From Octopus vulgaris (Eukaryota): a DNA stretch of 64,000 nt. Where the stretch lies: assembly GCA_951406725.2 (NCBI GenBank), contig OX597816.1, positions 142,290,001 through 142,354,000 of the forward strand, written 5' to 3'. The notes beneath the pieces were generated by a model, which saw only the letters and a list, made by a program, of their open reading frames with translations, was not told the DNA's origin and did no database searches. Position numbers and translations under genes: made by a program. This document shows, piece by piece, positions 1 through 13,580 of the stretch (the first letter of the stretch is position 1; each line of letters opens with the position of its first letter).

Positions 1-384
1 TTGTGTGGACAGTTGTATGAAGTATTGTATAAGTATGGGATGTATTGCAAAAGGAATGATTTAGTAGCAACAGTTATTAATGAAAATTAAATGATTGTGG
101 CACTACTTGTTTCACTTGAATACAAACTCATTTTGTAATGTCACACGTGCACAAGATTCAACTAAATATGCCCTCTGACCTAAGGACATTTTCATTCAAG
201 TAATTCAACTGTTGTTCTTCCTCATTTCTTTGTCAGAAGAGATTAGTTATTAGATTAGCAATTCATATTTGTAATCATCATTACTATTGTTATTATTATC
301 ATCATCATTATTATTATTATTATTATTATTACTACTACAACTGCTGCTGGTGGTGGTGATGATGGCGGCGGTGGAGGAGGAGGA

Positions 385-1300
385 GGAATTGCCAGAGCTT
401 AAGTATTTCTTCTAATTCTTTGTTCTGATTTCAAATCCTACCAAGGTTAACTTTAACTTTGCCTTGATTGATAAACTAAAGTACCAACCCATTATATTCT
501 GAATTCAGATTCTGCCAATGCTGACTTTACTTTTCACTTTACAGGATCGCTGAAGTCAATGTGATTGACTCAGTCCCTCCTTCAGAATTGCAGGTCTTGT
601 GCTAAAATTTGAAAATATGAATATTATTATTGCTATAACAGCAATGAAGTTGCTGAATGTTAATCAAAATACTATTCATTCCAGTTCTTTACATTCTAAG
701 TTCAAATCCTGCCAAAGTTAACTTTGCCTTTCATTCCCACGGGTGTGGATCAATAAAATATAATTCCAGTCAAATATTCAGTGATATAAACTAACCCCTC
801 TCCTTAAAATTATTGGCTTTGTGCCTAAATCAGAGACAATTATTATTGTGGTGGTGGTGAAGGAGGAGGAAGATTGGCAGAAGTATCAGAACATTGAACA
901 AAATGTGTTTCACTACAGCTCTTTATGTTCTATCCTGCTGAGGTCAACTTTACCTTCCCGTCCATTCAGGGTTATTAAAATAAAGTACCAATTAAGTATT
1001 GGGTTGATGTAATTGACTAACCCCTGCCCTCAAAATTGCTGGCCTTGTACCTAAATACCTAAATTACAAATTATTATAATGGCAGTGGGTTGGCAAAATC
1101 ATTAGAGAATTGGATTGGATTAGATTGGACAAGATGTTTTGCAGTATTTAGTCCTCACTCTTGACATTCTGAATTCAAGTCCACCAAAGTAAAGTTTGCT
1201 TTTCATCCTTCCAGAGGAAATGTTATTAAAGTAATTTTCAAATATTGGGTCTAATGTAATTGACTATCTTCTCCTCCTACCCATATTGTTAGCTTTGTTA
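385..1300 (+). mobile_element. Head-to-tail cluster of degenerate tRNA-derived SINEs (family A)
   Basis: Repeated units with B-box-like TTCAAATCC, core ACTTTGCCTTTCATCC...ATAAAATAAGTACC and tail AAAATTGCTGGCCTTGTGCC, separated by (ATT)n. Confidence 0.8.
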
Positions 1301-1597
1301 GAAATGATTATGAGCATTAGTGAAAGAAGTGGGGGCTGTGATATATTAATGAGCATTAATTGAAGATGAACTGAATAATTGTCTGATCATTTTGGTGCCA
1401 TAAACATTGGAAAATATGCATTTGTATTTCAATTTCCAATTTTTACATTTTACAAACTGATGAACTGATGCTTTAAAATTTTTTTTTTTTTTTTAAGTTT
1501 CAGCTCAGAGCTGCAGCCATGCTGATGCACCGCCATTGGCCATGCTGATGCACTGCCATTGTCTAAGATATTTTTCTAGGACCTCATTACTCTACGG

Positions 1598-1991
1598 CAG
1601 AGGTTATCAATGTTGGTGGCACTGCCCGCAAGGGTGTACTGGGCATGTTGAAGGGGGCAGTGAGGGAGTATAATTAATATACTAAATTTTATTATAGTAG
1701 TAATTAAATTGTACATGGTAACACTAATAATGGTTATTAAAAAAAAAAGGAAATCTCACCAGAAACAGAGAAGTCATTAACTTCCATTGTATAAACTAAA
1801 TTTACAACTTATCATTTCACTGTTAAAAGCTTATACAATCCATTTTTAGAGTAAAATTTATAATTTATCATCGATGTTAAGATAGTTTAGTTGTGAGACC
1901 TCAATTGCCACTTAGGTGGGTACTAGGCATGGCAACTATTTCAAATAGTTTGCTCCAAAAGAAAAGAAAATATGGGGGTTAAGAACCACTG
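1598..1991. mobile_element. hAT (Charlie-like) non-autonomous element
   Basis: TIRs CAGAGGTTATCAA...TTAAGAACCACTG; 8-bp flanks CTCTACGG / CTCTAGAG resembling the NTCTAGAN target. Confidence 0.7.
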
Positions 1992-2226
1992 CTCTAGAGT
2001 TTTTCTCTAACCCTATAATTTCTATCTTCTAAACAGGTAAACTTCGTTAAAATATTTCCAGCTTACTGCCATCTTATAATAAGTGTATAGTACATCAAAT
2101 TATGTATAGTGCCCCAGTCATAAGCAATTACCTTCCTTTATCACCTTGAATTTTCTCAGTATGTTTTCTGTACAGCCAGATCTACTATTTGTTATTTTAC
2201 GTCATAGTTATCTCACTTCACAGTCA

Positions 2227-2282
<56 letters not shown>

Positions 2283-4904
2283 TCCCTCCCTCTCACTCTC
2301 TAGTTGTGTGCAACATGGGATAACTTTTCCACCTTTCGTACACTAGTTACCTTTCACCCTTTAAAGTATTGGTGCAAGAAATATCATTGATCTTAACATG
2401 AGCAAAACCTTCAGTCTTGTCTGACATAATTACCCCCGGCTAAGTTCTCACCTAAGTGCTCCATCTATCCATCTCTCATCTCTTTGATGAAAAATTTATT
2501 GGCTACTCAATTACAGTGTATTAATTAGGCTTTCTCTCCATCCTACTAACTTTGGCATGCTCCATCTTTTGATTATGTCCCTCACACTCTTCTTTCTCTA
2601 TATCAATTGCTCTCAACTATTTCTAGCTAAACACACTGATACAAATTTTATTTGTGATTCATGTATTTACCTTACTTCTTGTCTTGTCTAGTATCTAACT
2701 TCTAAAATTGCACCAAAAACTGCAATTCCCAGAATGCAACTCTTTGGAACCCCACCCCTTTTCTTTACATATGTACTGCTAAATCATTAGTCTGGGAGAG
2801 GTCCTACTCTCCAAATGATTATGGAAAAAGAAAATGTTTAAATAATTCAGAATTTTGAAGAGGTTTTATTTATTGCTTATGATTTGGGTTTCAGAACTTA
2901 AAAGTTTTTTACATCTTTGATGGAACTTTTGCCTACGAAGTCACATATTATTTTCTTGACCTCAATTTAGATATGAGCAATTCTATATGGTTGGTCTGTT
3001 GTTGCTTAGTAATGATCAGCTCTAATTGAGCAGACCAGCAATTACCATCTCCCCGTTTTATACAACCAGAACTACATTGTCCAATGCATCCTTATTTTTA
3101 AGATGATGGAGTAAATTTAGAGAGAATTTAGTTGTTATTTCTAACAAGTCAAGCAATTTCATAGGGGCTCTACCCCAATCTACATTCTAGTGGATTGGTA
3201 ACATAGGACAAAGGTTAATCTGAGATGGATTTGTAGCTTGGAACCAAAATCAGTCTGAATTGAATTAACAATGTTTATTCTGGTCTTAACATAGATTTTT
3301 AGATAATTTGATTTTCAAAGCCTTATTGGTTAGATGTAAAACAATATTTGAGTTTTTGAGCAATGTAAGATAGATATAACACTGGTGATGGAGTTAGAAG
3401 TTTGTCATCAATATTTTCAATATTATACATTATTTTTAAAGTTTGTTTTCCATGGCTTAGTCAGAGTTAGAAGGGCAGCATTCATGGCCCTCTTTTCCAG
3501 GGCTTTCAGGACTGACATAAGAAAGGGTGTAAGCTGGGTTTAAGATAATGAATGTGCATCTCACCTATACTTTACTTGTTACTTACACTTAAATGATATA
3601 TGCCTTTCTGTATAATATGTCAAAATGCAAGATTGGTATATCTTAGAAGTAAGTCTATTTATCTGTCTTGAAAATTATGTGGGTTGCAAAAGAAGGATTT
3701 ATGATGAAGCAAAAAAAATATCAACTAATACTTTCAAATGTAGCTGCTGATGTCTTTGGAAACTATTACCTAATGCCTTTAAAGTCCTGCCAGATTATGG
3801 TCATCAAAAATATCTAGCACTCAAAACTTGCACATAATCAATTCAGGTAAAATCTTTAATATCATCAACATTTTACATCCACTGTTTCCTTGCTTGCATT
3901 AATATTTGTTAATGCTGGAGAACTATTAAAGAAATAAAGGGAGGAATTGGACCCCTTTAAGTTTTCTTAATAAAGGAGTAATGTAAAACAAAGAAATAAA
4001 ACTTTTGAAAATAATAGCTAGTCAGTGATTTTAGCATGTCGGTGAAGGAATCTTGAATATTTAATAAAGGGGATTCTATCAATTAATTAAGCCTGGACAA
4101 ATTTAAGTTAACAGCTATTTTCAACTTCATAGGTGATTTCAGTATTATCCACTTTCCATTTTAGATGCCAAAATTCTCATTAATGTAATAGCTTGGCTTG
4201 TTTATATAACAAACAATAATTTGCTTCTTTCCTGGTGTAGATACTTTCAACTATTGGTAGCTAAAAGAGAATTCCCTCATGTCAAATAGAACTGGAAGTT
4301 TTATGCTTAGTATATTTTACTTTTCATTATTCCAGATACTTTTTTTATTCAATATTCCGGAACTATAAAATGAATCCTTTCAAGAACATTACCTAGATAA
4401 TAAAATTCAGTGAAATACATTAAAATGCCAGATATTTAAAATACTACATATAAGTTATCTCAAAGTAATCATCACAATAGTTTTCTCAGTGTGAGCTCTG
4501 TGATAAAACATTTTGGTATATGGACTTGCAGCTGTACTGTGTAATTTAAGCACATTTTCAGTAAGAAAGTAGCTATTTACACCATATCTCTTAAATGGTA
4601 GCTGTGATGGGATTTGTTATCTAGAATAGCACACCAGAGCTTACCATTTTTAAAGAATTCATTATTTTTCAACTTATAATCCAGAACCTAAAATTTTGTT
4701 TATTTAATAAAATGGATAGTATTGAGATATTTTCCAGTCTTTCACTTCAGTTGATTTGAGAGCATTAAAATATATTCCCAAAATGGAATTGGTTTGATTG
4801 AATGTCAGTAATAAAACAAGAAGGCCAAGTAATGTTTAAACAATTTTAAAATGCAGTTACTATTTTTGGATAGCATTGGTCAAACATATTTCATTGAATA
4901 TCTC

Positions 4905-5060
4905 ATAGTAGTGCATTCAGATTAACTGGTTTTTATTTTATCAACCTTGGAAGGGTGAAAGGCAAAGTCACCCAGTATGGGATTTGAACCTAGAAAGTAA
5001 AGGTTTGCATTTTGTGCAGTTTCTGACTGACAATTTCACTTGCGAGACTTTGGCCAGTTT
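4905..5060 (-). mobile_element. tRNA-SINE family A copy
   Basis: Reverse complement of the core: GGGTGAAAGGCAAAGTCA...GGATTTGAACC. Confidence 0.7.
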
Positions 5061-5995
5061 GAGGATGTGGTAGAATATTACTTTCCCAAGATATCATAAG
5101 GTGGATTGAACTAGGAGCTACAAAATTGCATAGCAAACATCTTAACCCACACAACCATAATCTATATGTTTTACTGAATGTCCCACTATATCGAATTGTG
5201 TAACTCATTGTTCCCTAAAGAAAAGGCTTTTGCTTTTCCATTTGAAAGTATTTGCATAGAAACTCCATATTTGCTTAAAATGCTTTATATTATAGCTTGT
5301 TAAAACCATATTCTGAAGTGAAAAAAAATAGATGTATCCAAAAGAGCTGCTATATAAATTGATATTAATGTTTCTGCTGTGGGTGAGGAGGGAGTTATCT
5401 GTTGTATTGTTGAATATATTTGCACTGATTTAATAAATTCTATTTAGCTTGCTTTGGGCATATGTTTCAGCTTCAAGTGTATATCATGTACTAGTCAGTT
5501 ACAGAAAACCATTAGGATCAAGTCAATGAGGCAACTTCTATGTAACCACTTAACTTACTAGAAAGAACAGCCAAAATCTTAGTCAAATTATACCCAATGA
5601 TCATCAAAAATGGAAGAAACTATTTTGGGATGTGCTCTTAGATTTTCTGTTTGCTAAAATATGATAGGTTATAATGTGTAAATTGCTTTTTATTGTAGGT
5701 GCGAGATTATCTGCAGATAAACAACTATATGTAGATGACATATTCCCTCTATTTGTCAAATCTGTTGTACCTTCATTTTGAATGCAACAAATGTTTGCAA
5801 ACACATCCAAATACTTAAAAATACAAAGAATTTATACTGTTCATTTTTATTACTTTTCCATTTACTTTCTTGTATGGTGAAATCATTTTTGTTGGTTTTG
5901 CTTTGGTTGGGACAGTTGAAACTAGATGTGCTTTCCACTGCTAACCATTTAACAATGAAGCAGAAAGTAGAACCAGTTTTGTCAGTTTGGCAAGT

Positions 5996-6340
5996 TGGAG
6001 TGAGCAGAATTATGTTCTTAATTAAGGTCAGCTGTGTGGTCAAGAAGTTCATATCCAAACTGTGATTTCAGGTTCAGTCCAATTGCACAGCACCTTGTGT
6101 AAATGTCTTCTATTATGGCTCCAGGGGTGCACACTCTCCTACCCTGATGTAATCTCCAGGGATACAGGCATCCAGCAACAGGACCTCCGTAATGCCATGA
6201 TGGACCATGAAGTCTGGCGTAGCATGGTAAATTCCATTGTCTCGACCACGGTCGAACAATGATGATGATGATGGCTCCAAGATGAAAATCTTTTGGGAGG
6301 GGATTTGGTACACAGAAACTGAAAGAAACTTATTATAAAT
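5996..6340 (+). mobile_element. tRNA-SINE family B 5' part, interrupted by a LINE fragment
   Basis: GCTGTGTGGTCAAGAAGTT...GGTTCAGTCC...CACCTTG...GGATTTGGTA...GAAACTGAAAGAA, homologous to 47145-47555 (minus). Confidence 0.7.
6124..6270 (+). mobile_element. 5'-truncated RTE-type LINE 3' end with target-site duplication
   Basis: Encodes ORF2 C-terminus TLSYPDVISRDTG...MMDHEVWRSMV*; (TGA)n tail; 9-bp TSD ATGGCTCCA at 6115-6123 and 6271-6279. Confidence 0.85.
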
Positions 6341-6677
6341 ATGTGTGTTTACCTCATGTTCTCTGGTTTATAAGCAGTGGCTTTCTACTAATGTCATTAT
6401 CTTGATATATCTTGACATTTTGCATGATCTTTGTAAACAAAAGCCTTGTTTATACAATGTTGTTTGTTTCCAGTTCTCTACGTAAACATATCCAGGCTGT
6501 TTTTTGCCTGATAGACTGGTAGATTATTACTTTGCTTGGAAACAAGTGAAGGTTGGTGACAGGAATACTGACTGTAGAAAAACTCTGCCCCAATATGACC
6601 CATGCAAGTATGAAGAAGTAGATGTTAAAATTTAATGTGTTTCTTTGTTGGCATAGGTTGGTGTGTGTGTGTGTATT

Positions 6678-8390
6678 TATCATCATAATTTTAACATCTC
6701 CTTTCCATGCTGGCATGAGTTGAACAGTTTAACTGAGGACTGGCAAGCCAGGAGGCTGCACCAGATTCCAGTCTGATCTGGCAGAGTTTCTACAGCTGGA
6801 TGCCCTTCCTAATGCCAACCACTCAGAGTGTAGCGGGTACTTTTTATGTGTCACTGGCATGGGGTCCAGTCAGGCAACACTGGCAATGATCGCACTCGAA
6901 TGGTGCTTTTTACATGCCACTAGCATGGGACCAGTCTGGCAGCACTGGCATTGACCACGCTTGAATGGTGCTTTTTTATGTGCCACTGGCACAGGTGCTA
7001 ATCAGGTAGTACTGTCATCAGCCAGTACTGTCATCAGCCATGACAGCAACTTCACTTGCCTCAACAGGTCTTTGCAAGTGCAGTTTATGCCCAATGATTG
7101 AAGGGTACTCATAAATAGGCTGTTTATGCTGCACTGGCATAGACCACTGTTACGGTCTCACCTGGCTTGCCGGGTCTTCTCAAGCACAGCATATCTCCAA
7201 AGGTCTCGGTCACATGTCATCACCTCGGTGAGGCCCAACATTTGAAGGTCGTGCTTCACCACCTCATCCCAGGTCTTCCTGAGTCTCCAGCAGAGCGTAC
7301 TAACTTCATTCCTTGAAGGTTTACACATGTCCTCAGCAGTCACAGCCCATGTTTCACTGCCATGTAGCATGGCTGTTTGCACACATGCATAATAAAGTCT
7401 ATCTTTTATCTGAGTGAGAGGCCCTTTGTCACCAGCAGAGGTAGAAGCTCTCTGAACTTTGCCCAGGCTATTCTTATTCTAGCAGCTACACTCTCAGCAT
7501 CCATCCCTGCTACTGACTTGGTTACCTAGGTAATGGAAGCTATCAACTACTTGTGGTTTTCCCCCTGGAATGCGACGGAAACTGTTTTCTGCACATTTTC
7601 AGTGTTTATTGCCCCTGAGCATCTGCCACACACAAAAACTATCTTCCCAGTTAGCCTTCCTTTGATATTGCTGCACCCCTTATGTGTCCATAGCTTTCAC
7701 TGGGTACATCTTACGAAGTTTCTAACTATGCCATTTTCTACAGATCAAGGAGGGCAATTTACCTGAAGGGATTTGTGGTTTGTCTGCCTTCCTACTTATT
7801 AAGACTTTGGTTTTTGCTAGATTGACTTTAAGGCCCTTCAATTCTAGGCCTTGCTTCCACACCTGAAACTTCTCCAGTTCTGATAGTGACTCAGCTATGA
7901 GAGCAAGGTCATCAGCATAGAGAAGCTACCATTGGCATCCTGTCTTGAATTCCTCTATTATTGCTCGGTGGACTATGATGAATAAGGGGGGGGGCTGAGG
8001 TTTGATCTTTGGTAGACTCTTACCTCTATATGGAATTTTTCACTGTACTTATTGCCAACCCTCATCTTACTGACAGCGTCCCTGTACATGACTTGTACAG
8101 CTCTCACTAACCACTCATCTATCTCTAGTTTCCATATTGACCTCTAGATAAGGGATCAGAGGACCCTGTCAAAAACTTTCTCCATGTAAACAAAAGCCAG
8201 CTACAGAAGTTTAATTTTGGCTTAGTATTTCTCCTGCAGCTGTCTTACCAGAAGTATAGCATCAGTAGTGATTTTCCCTAGCACAAACCCAAACTGCATC
8301 TCATCTAGACTGACTCTCTCCCTAATTAGTTGGGCTATGACCCTCTCCATGACTTTCATTACCTGATCCAACAACTTGATACCTCTGTAC
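6678..8390 (-). mobile_element. RTE-clade LINE, degenerate 3' ~1.7 kb (RT remnant plus 3' UTR)
   Basis: Minus strand LLYADDLAL near 7900-7925; AMLHGSETW...RKTWDEVVKHDL...DRDLWR (7158-7382); internally repetitive 3' UTR and (TGA)n-type tail. Confidence 0.9.
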
Positions 8391-8520
8391 TTTATTTACC
8401 TTATTTACATTTGATGGATATTTGTCCTCATCTTGTTTGTTGTTACGGCTGATATACCCTCCAGCCTTCATCAGGTGTCTTGGGGAAATTTCGAACCTGG
8501 TTTCTCATTCCTAAGGTATT

Positions 8521-8715
8521 ATCCAAGGGAAAGGCAAAGACCAATACAGCTTGGCACTTGTGACGTCGCAACTCATTTCTACAGCTGAGTGAACTGGAGC
8601 AACGTAAAATAAAGTGTCTTGCTCAAGAAAACAAATTGCAGCCAGGTCTGGGATTCGAACTCACAACCTCATGATCGTAAGCTCGACGCTCTAACCACTG
8701 AGCCATGTGCCTTCA
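8521..8715 (-). mobile_element. tRNA-derived SINE with CORE-like domain (family C)
   Basis: Minus strand TGGCTCAGTGGTTAGAGC (A box), GAGTTCGAATCCC (B box), CTTGAGCAAGACACTT (CORE-like). Plus-strand homologue at 24308-24635. Confidence 0.85.
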
Positions 8716-8751
8716 CACACACATACACACACACATATATATATTTAGATA

Positions 8752-9071
8752 CTCTATTCCCTAATTTGGGATTTTTATTCACATACACAGCAACCCCAGG
8801 TGCTAATTGTAAACTATAAAATAACTTTTTGTGTGTGTGTGTGCAAAGGTCAGATCCAAGGATCAAGATGTAGGAAGTTTGTAAGCTTCAAACAGTCCAT
8901 AGAAGGTATAAAAAACAACTTTCAGGTGCATCAGTGGTTTATTGATGTAAAAGGTTGTAAATTTTCCCAATGTCGAAGTTCAATAAGATGAAAAAATATA
9001 TTTTATAGTTCACAGTTAGCCCTTGGCGTTGCTGTGTATCTGAATAAAAACCCCCAAATTAGGGAATGGAG
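8752..9071. mobile_element. Tc1/mariner-type MITE with ~70-bp TIRs
   Basis: CTCTATTCCCTAATTTGGG...AACTATAAAATA is the reverse complement of TATTTTATAGTT...CCCAAATTAGGGAATGGAG; TA at both ends. Confidence 0.85.
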
Positions 9072-9096
9072 TATATACATATATACATACATACAC

Positions 9097-10190
9097 ACAG
9101 GATCTTATTGGTAAATTGAGACAGTTTTTACAATGCATAAAACTGGTTATAAATACTAAAATAATGGTAGTAGACAGATATAATTTTAATATAACATTTC
9201 TTACAACAAAACATTTATCACTCAATATGGCCACCCTTTTGGGCAATTACTACCTCCACATGAAAATGAAAGTTTTTTTTGCTGCTGTCGCAACCTCTGC
9301 TTATTTGATTTTGCATGGTGCTTGTATGATGCAGGTCTTCAAACTATTGACACTCAAGTGTGGTGAAGCATTGGTCCTTGCTTGAAGCACACCCCATAAA
9401 ACATAATCCAGAAAGTTGAGATCTGGGCTATCACTGGGCCAGATGTTAGCCTTCACAAAAAATGGCACCTTCTCACCAGAATGCCTGTGTTGCTTCTGAT
9501 CCATGACATGGTGCAGAATCCTGGATACGCACCACATTGTCAAGCCCAAATTTCTGCTCTATCCAAGGTAACGGACAATTCTTCAGGATATCCAGATCTT
9601 CAAACCAGACTCAATGAAGTGTGGATTTATGACACTTCCATCATTCACCACGGCCCCAAATAACATCACAGAGGCAGGGTTGTTTGTCTCAAACATAGTG
9701 GGAATGTCAGAAGGGTTGTATGCAATCACTCAAGAATTTCTGCGATTCAGTTCAGCATTCACAGTGAACTTCTAATCCACAAGTACAAGAGTTCTTCTTG
9801 TACCTTGATGCTTGGTGAATGACATAAGCTTTGGGCATCTCTCCATACTGATTGCTTTAGCATTGGCTGTTAGAAGGTGACAGTACTATTGAACATAGCT
9901 AGTCATGCCAAGGTTTCTGTTCACAGCTCTGAATACTGTGGAAAGGAACACATTGCATTTCTTTGCAAGAGTTGTCATGGATGTGAATGGATTGGCTTCA
10001 GTCAAGCATTTGAGGCCAGTGAGAAACTTTGGATTGTGCTTGGAATCACTTCAACTCTTGTGTTCTTTTCTATCAGTCTTTCCCTCTTTTTTAAATTGCT
10101 TATAGCAAGCAAAGTTTTATCAAAAAATGAAATGCTAAATCCACTAAGTCAACTGTTTAAAATTGGTCTCAACCTGCAAGACCTATATGT
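9097..10190 (-). mobile_element. Degenerate Tc1/mariner (maT/DD37D-like) transposon
   Basis: Minus-strand fragments NPASVMLFGAVVNDGSVINPHFIESGLK and WPSDSPDLNFLDYVLWGVL; stops and frameshifts; TA-repeat flanks. Confidence 0.85.
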
Positions 10191-10204
10191 ATATACCTTT
10201 TTTT

Positions 10205-10529
10205 TTTTTATCTTTTACTTGGTTCAATCAATAGATTGTAGACATGCTTGGGCACCATCTTGAAGAATTTTTAGTCGAATGAATTAACCCCAGTGCCTTA
10301 TTTTAAGCCTACTACTTATTCTATTAATCTCTTTTGCCAAACTGCTAAGTTATAGGTACATAAATACATCAATGCCAATTGTCAAGCAATGGTGGAAGAC
10401 AAACACAGACACAAAGATACACACACTTGACTGAACTTGACATACTTGACATACATACACACACTTGACTGAACTTGGAACCATGTAGTTGGGAAGCAAG
10501 TTTCTTACTACACAGCCATGCCTGCACCA

Positions 10530-10530
<1 letters not shown>
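10205..10530 (-). mobile_element. tRNA-SINE family B copy
   Basis: Homologous to 47145-47555; 5' end GGTGCAGGCATGGCTGTGTAGTAAGAAACTTGCTTCCCAAC on the minus strand. Confidence 0.8.
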
Positions 10531-10566
<36 letters not shown>

Positions 10567-11429
10567 ATACATACACACACACACACACACAATGAAAAAA
10601 CAGCATTGTAAGCAAAAAGTATTCCCAAACAAATGAAGATAAGACAAAATTGAAAAATAATCTCTACTCCAAATCAAACTCACCAGTGAAGACATTGGCA
10701 ATTTTCAGAACTTTCATTATGAAAAAAATTGCTTTTGGATACCTCTGACATTTCATGTTTGCATTTTATATATAAATATAATCTTGACATCATATTACAT
10801 AGCTCAGAAAGGGTTATGATAAACTGCTAGATCTAGTCTTGGATCCTCTGACTATTTTTATTGTAGAACAGATAACAAGATGTGTACTGTAAGTTAATTT
10901 AATCAGTAAATCTAATCAGATCAATGTGCACTTGGTTAATTATATTTATAATCTGGAGGAAGAAGAAAGAATGATGAATGAATAAATAAATATAGTTTAT
11001 TACCTACAATTAAAGCCTATTGCTTTGTAGAAATATAAAACAGTAAGAGGATTCACTATCATTATCATTTTGTGGTTGCTTTTCCATACTAGCATGGATT
11101 AGATGGATTGTTACAGTCTGAGTCAAATTTTATTCAAAGTTCCTAGCCTCCTAAACAGGTCAGTAGTGGTAGCTTTCTCCTATATTACATTTCTTGACAT
11201 AGTTTCTGAGGTTAGATGCCCCTCCAGTTTGTTAGGTGCAATATGTCATGGCACCAGCACTAGAGATTCTGTCTTGTTCCTAACAAGCTCAAAAAGTTCT
11301 CTCTATATTAATTGTCTCTGTTTATATGTTTAGTCACTTGCATCAGAGAAGTTGTTTTACCCTTGACATGACAAAATACTCCCCTCTTTTTGCATTGTCA
11401 TCATTCATTTGTTCCTTTCCTTCCATTAC

Positions 11430-12280
11430 TTCTGGGTAGAAAGTGAGCTAACTAGAGCAAGGTGATTGTAGACTGAATTAGAAGAGAACCAGCTTGGAAG
11501 CAGTGAAAGAGTGAGAGAAAAGAGAGTAATAGAAAGCTCTGTAATGGTTAAATAGAAGAAATATGATTGAGAGGATTCTAGGAGGAGGATTGATGGAAGA
11601 AAACAAAAGAGAGTCAAGGTGATAGAATCAGAGTAATAGGAGAGAGTGAGTAGATGGCTGTGGAGAGAAAGAGTGTGATAGAAAGCTCTATGATGGATAT
11701 TGGTAAACAGATTAAATAGAAACAGCATGAGTGGGAAGTTTAAGCATATATATATTAAACATCTATCCTAGCTCCTTGGCCATACCCAATAATTGACTCA
11801 AAATTGAGGGATAAGCGGGAATGTTAGGAGAGAGAGCGAGAATGATGAGAGGGAAAGGGGATGATGGATGTCTGTAATGAGTGATAATTTAGTGGATAAT
11901 GTGAGAGTGATAGAAGAGAGACAGGGTAATGTAAGTGGGAATAATAGGAGGGAGAGAGAGAGACAAATGTCAATGATGAATGACTGAAGAGGGAGTAATT
12001 TGTATGTATATGAGAGAGAAAGAAAAGAATGAAGATAGTAATGAGAGTTAGAAAAGAGAGATAGAGGACTGAAAGAGTGATGGTCATGGATATGGAAAGA
12101 TAAGGGGAAGGATTGAATACGATATGGGAAGGTTGATAATAAGAGGTAGGATTGAATATATTATCATCCCTTGTTGATGGGAAAGAGATAATAGAAAGTG
12201 GAGGAGAGTAGAAGGTAGTGGCAAGATTACTTAATGCAAACTTGATAGATGTGAAAGACTTAAATATAGATATTCTCCTC
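11430..12280. repeat. Degenerate purine-rich (GA/AGAT) low-complexity tract
   Basis: Strong G+A strand bias over ~850 bp; explains the spurious Ser/Leu-rich minus ORFs. Confidence 0.75.
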
Positions 12281-12569
12281 AACTTCCATCACCACCATCT
12301 TATCATTCTTACATTTGTTTTTTTCATGCTTGCATGTACTGCATGGTTCTTCTCCTGCATAGAGCTTCACCACTTGTTACAATCCTTTGTTATCTCCTTT
12401 GTAGTGTTCATTTTCTTGATTCATATAATGTGGAAATACAAGCTATATAATAAAAAAAAGAATTTTTAAAGTAGTGGGATTTCACAACAGAATGCCTTCT
12501 TACTATATAGCAGAAATTAAAACTTTAAAGAATGGGAAAATATACTTTGAAAAAGAAACTAATGTATCC

Positions 12570-13580
12570 ATTTACATTTGGAGTTCAAATCTCACTAGGA
12601 CTGCCTTTGATTTTTGTCCTGATGAAATCAATATAAGTATCTTTAAATTATTTGGTTGATTCAACTAACTACAAACCTTCTTCAAAATATATACTTTGGC
12701 AACTTAGATTTTTGTTTTTCACTATTTAGACCAAAATGTAATTTTCACTTAATCATTATTAGTAATGCTATTATTATATGAAGGCAGTTGACTGACACAA
12801 TTAGTGGATTGCTCAACAAAATGCCCTATTATAATTAGTTATATTTTTGCATTTTGAGTTCAAATCTTGCCAAAATCAGTCTCAGTATAGTTGATAAAAT
12901 AGAGCACTTGCCATATATACTATAAACAACTGTTCCTTCCTCCAAAATGGCTGGCCTTGCATCCACATTAGAAATTATTATTACTATTTTTATTCTTATT
13001 ATTAAGGCAATGAGCTGGCAAAATCATTAGCATATTGGGCAAAATGCTTCATGGTATTTTATCTATCTTTACATTCTGAGTTCAAATCCTGCCAAGGCCA
13101 ACTTTGCCTTCCATCCTTTCAGAGTCAATAAAATAAGTACCAATCAAGAAATGGGGTTGATGTAATTGGCTTACTCTCTGTCTCAAACCTGCTGGCATGG
13201 TGCCAAAATTTGAAATCATTATTGTTGTTATATTTTAGGGTAGTTAGGTGATGAGCTGGCAGAATTATTTGCATGGCACACCAAATGCTTAGCAGCATTC
13301 CATCTGTCTTCACATTCTGAGTTAAAATTCTGCCGAGGTCAACATTGCCTTTCATCCTTCCACAAAGAATTATATAGGACAGTAGTGTGGCAGAAACCAA
13401 AGAGAGCATTGAACACAATGTTTTAAGCAGCTTGTGTATTTTCTAAATTCAAATCATACTCAGTTTAACTTTGCTTTACACCTCTGTAATTATGGAAAAT
13501 GCACAAGTATTGTTATAAAGTGAATATAATCAACTACAGCCTCCCTCAAAATTCATAGCCTTGTATCCTCTTCCAATTTA
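12570..13580 (+). mobile_element. Head-to-tail cluster of SINE family A
   Basis: About five units with GAGCTGGCAGAATC..TAGCA, GAGTTCAAAT and ACTTTGCCTTTCATCC, with ATT-rich spacers. Confidence 0.8.

Noticed and set aside
1516-1561. 23-bp tandem duplication GCCATGCTGATGCAC.GCCATTG
   Set aside because: Local slippage within a SINE tail fragment.
5699-5781. Possible upstream Nrx-IV exon after the acceptor-like ttttattgtag
   Set aside because: All three frames hit stops, there is no convincing donor, and there is no similarity to the expected D-DGSGP-containing upstream exon.
8640-8712. tRNA gene
   Set aside because: A and B boxes continue into a CORE-like SINE body found in several copies; it is a SINE head.
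11426-12282. 100-aa and 152-aa minus-strand ORFs
   Set aside because: Low-complexity pyrimidine-rich strand that is naturally poor in stop codons.
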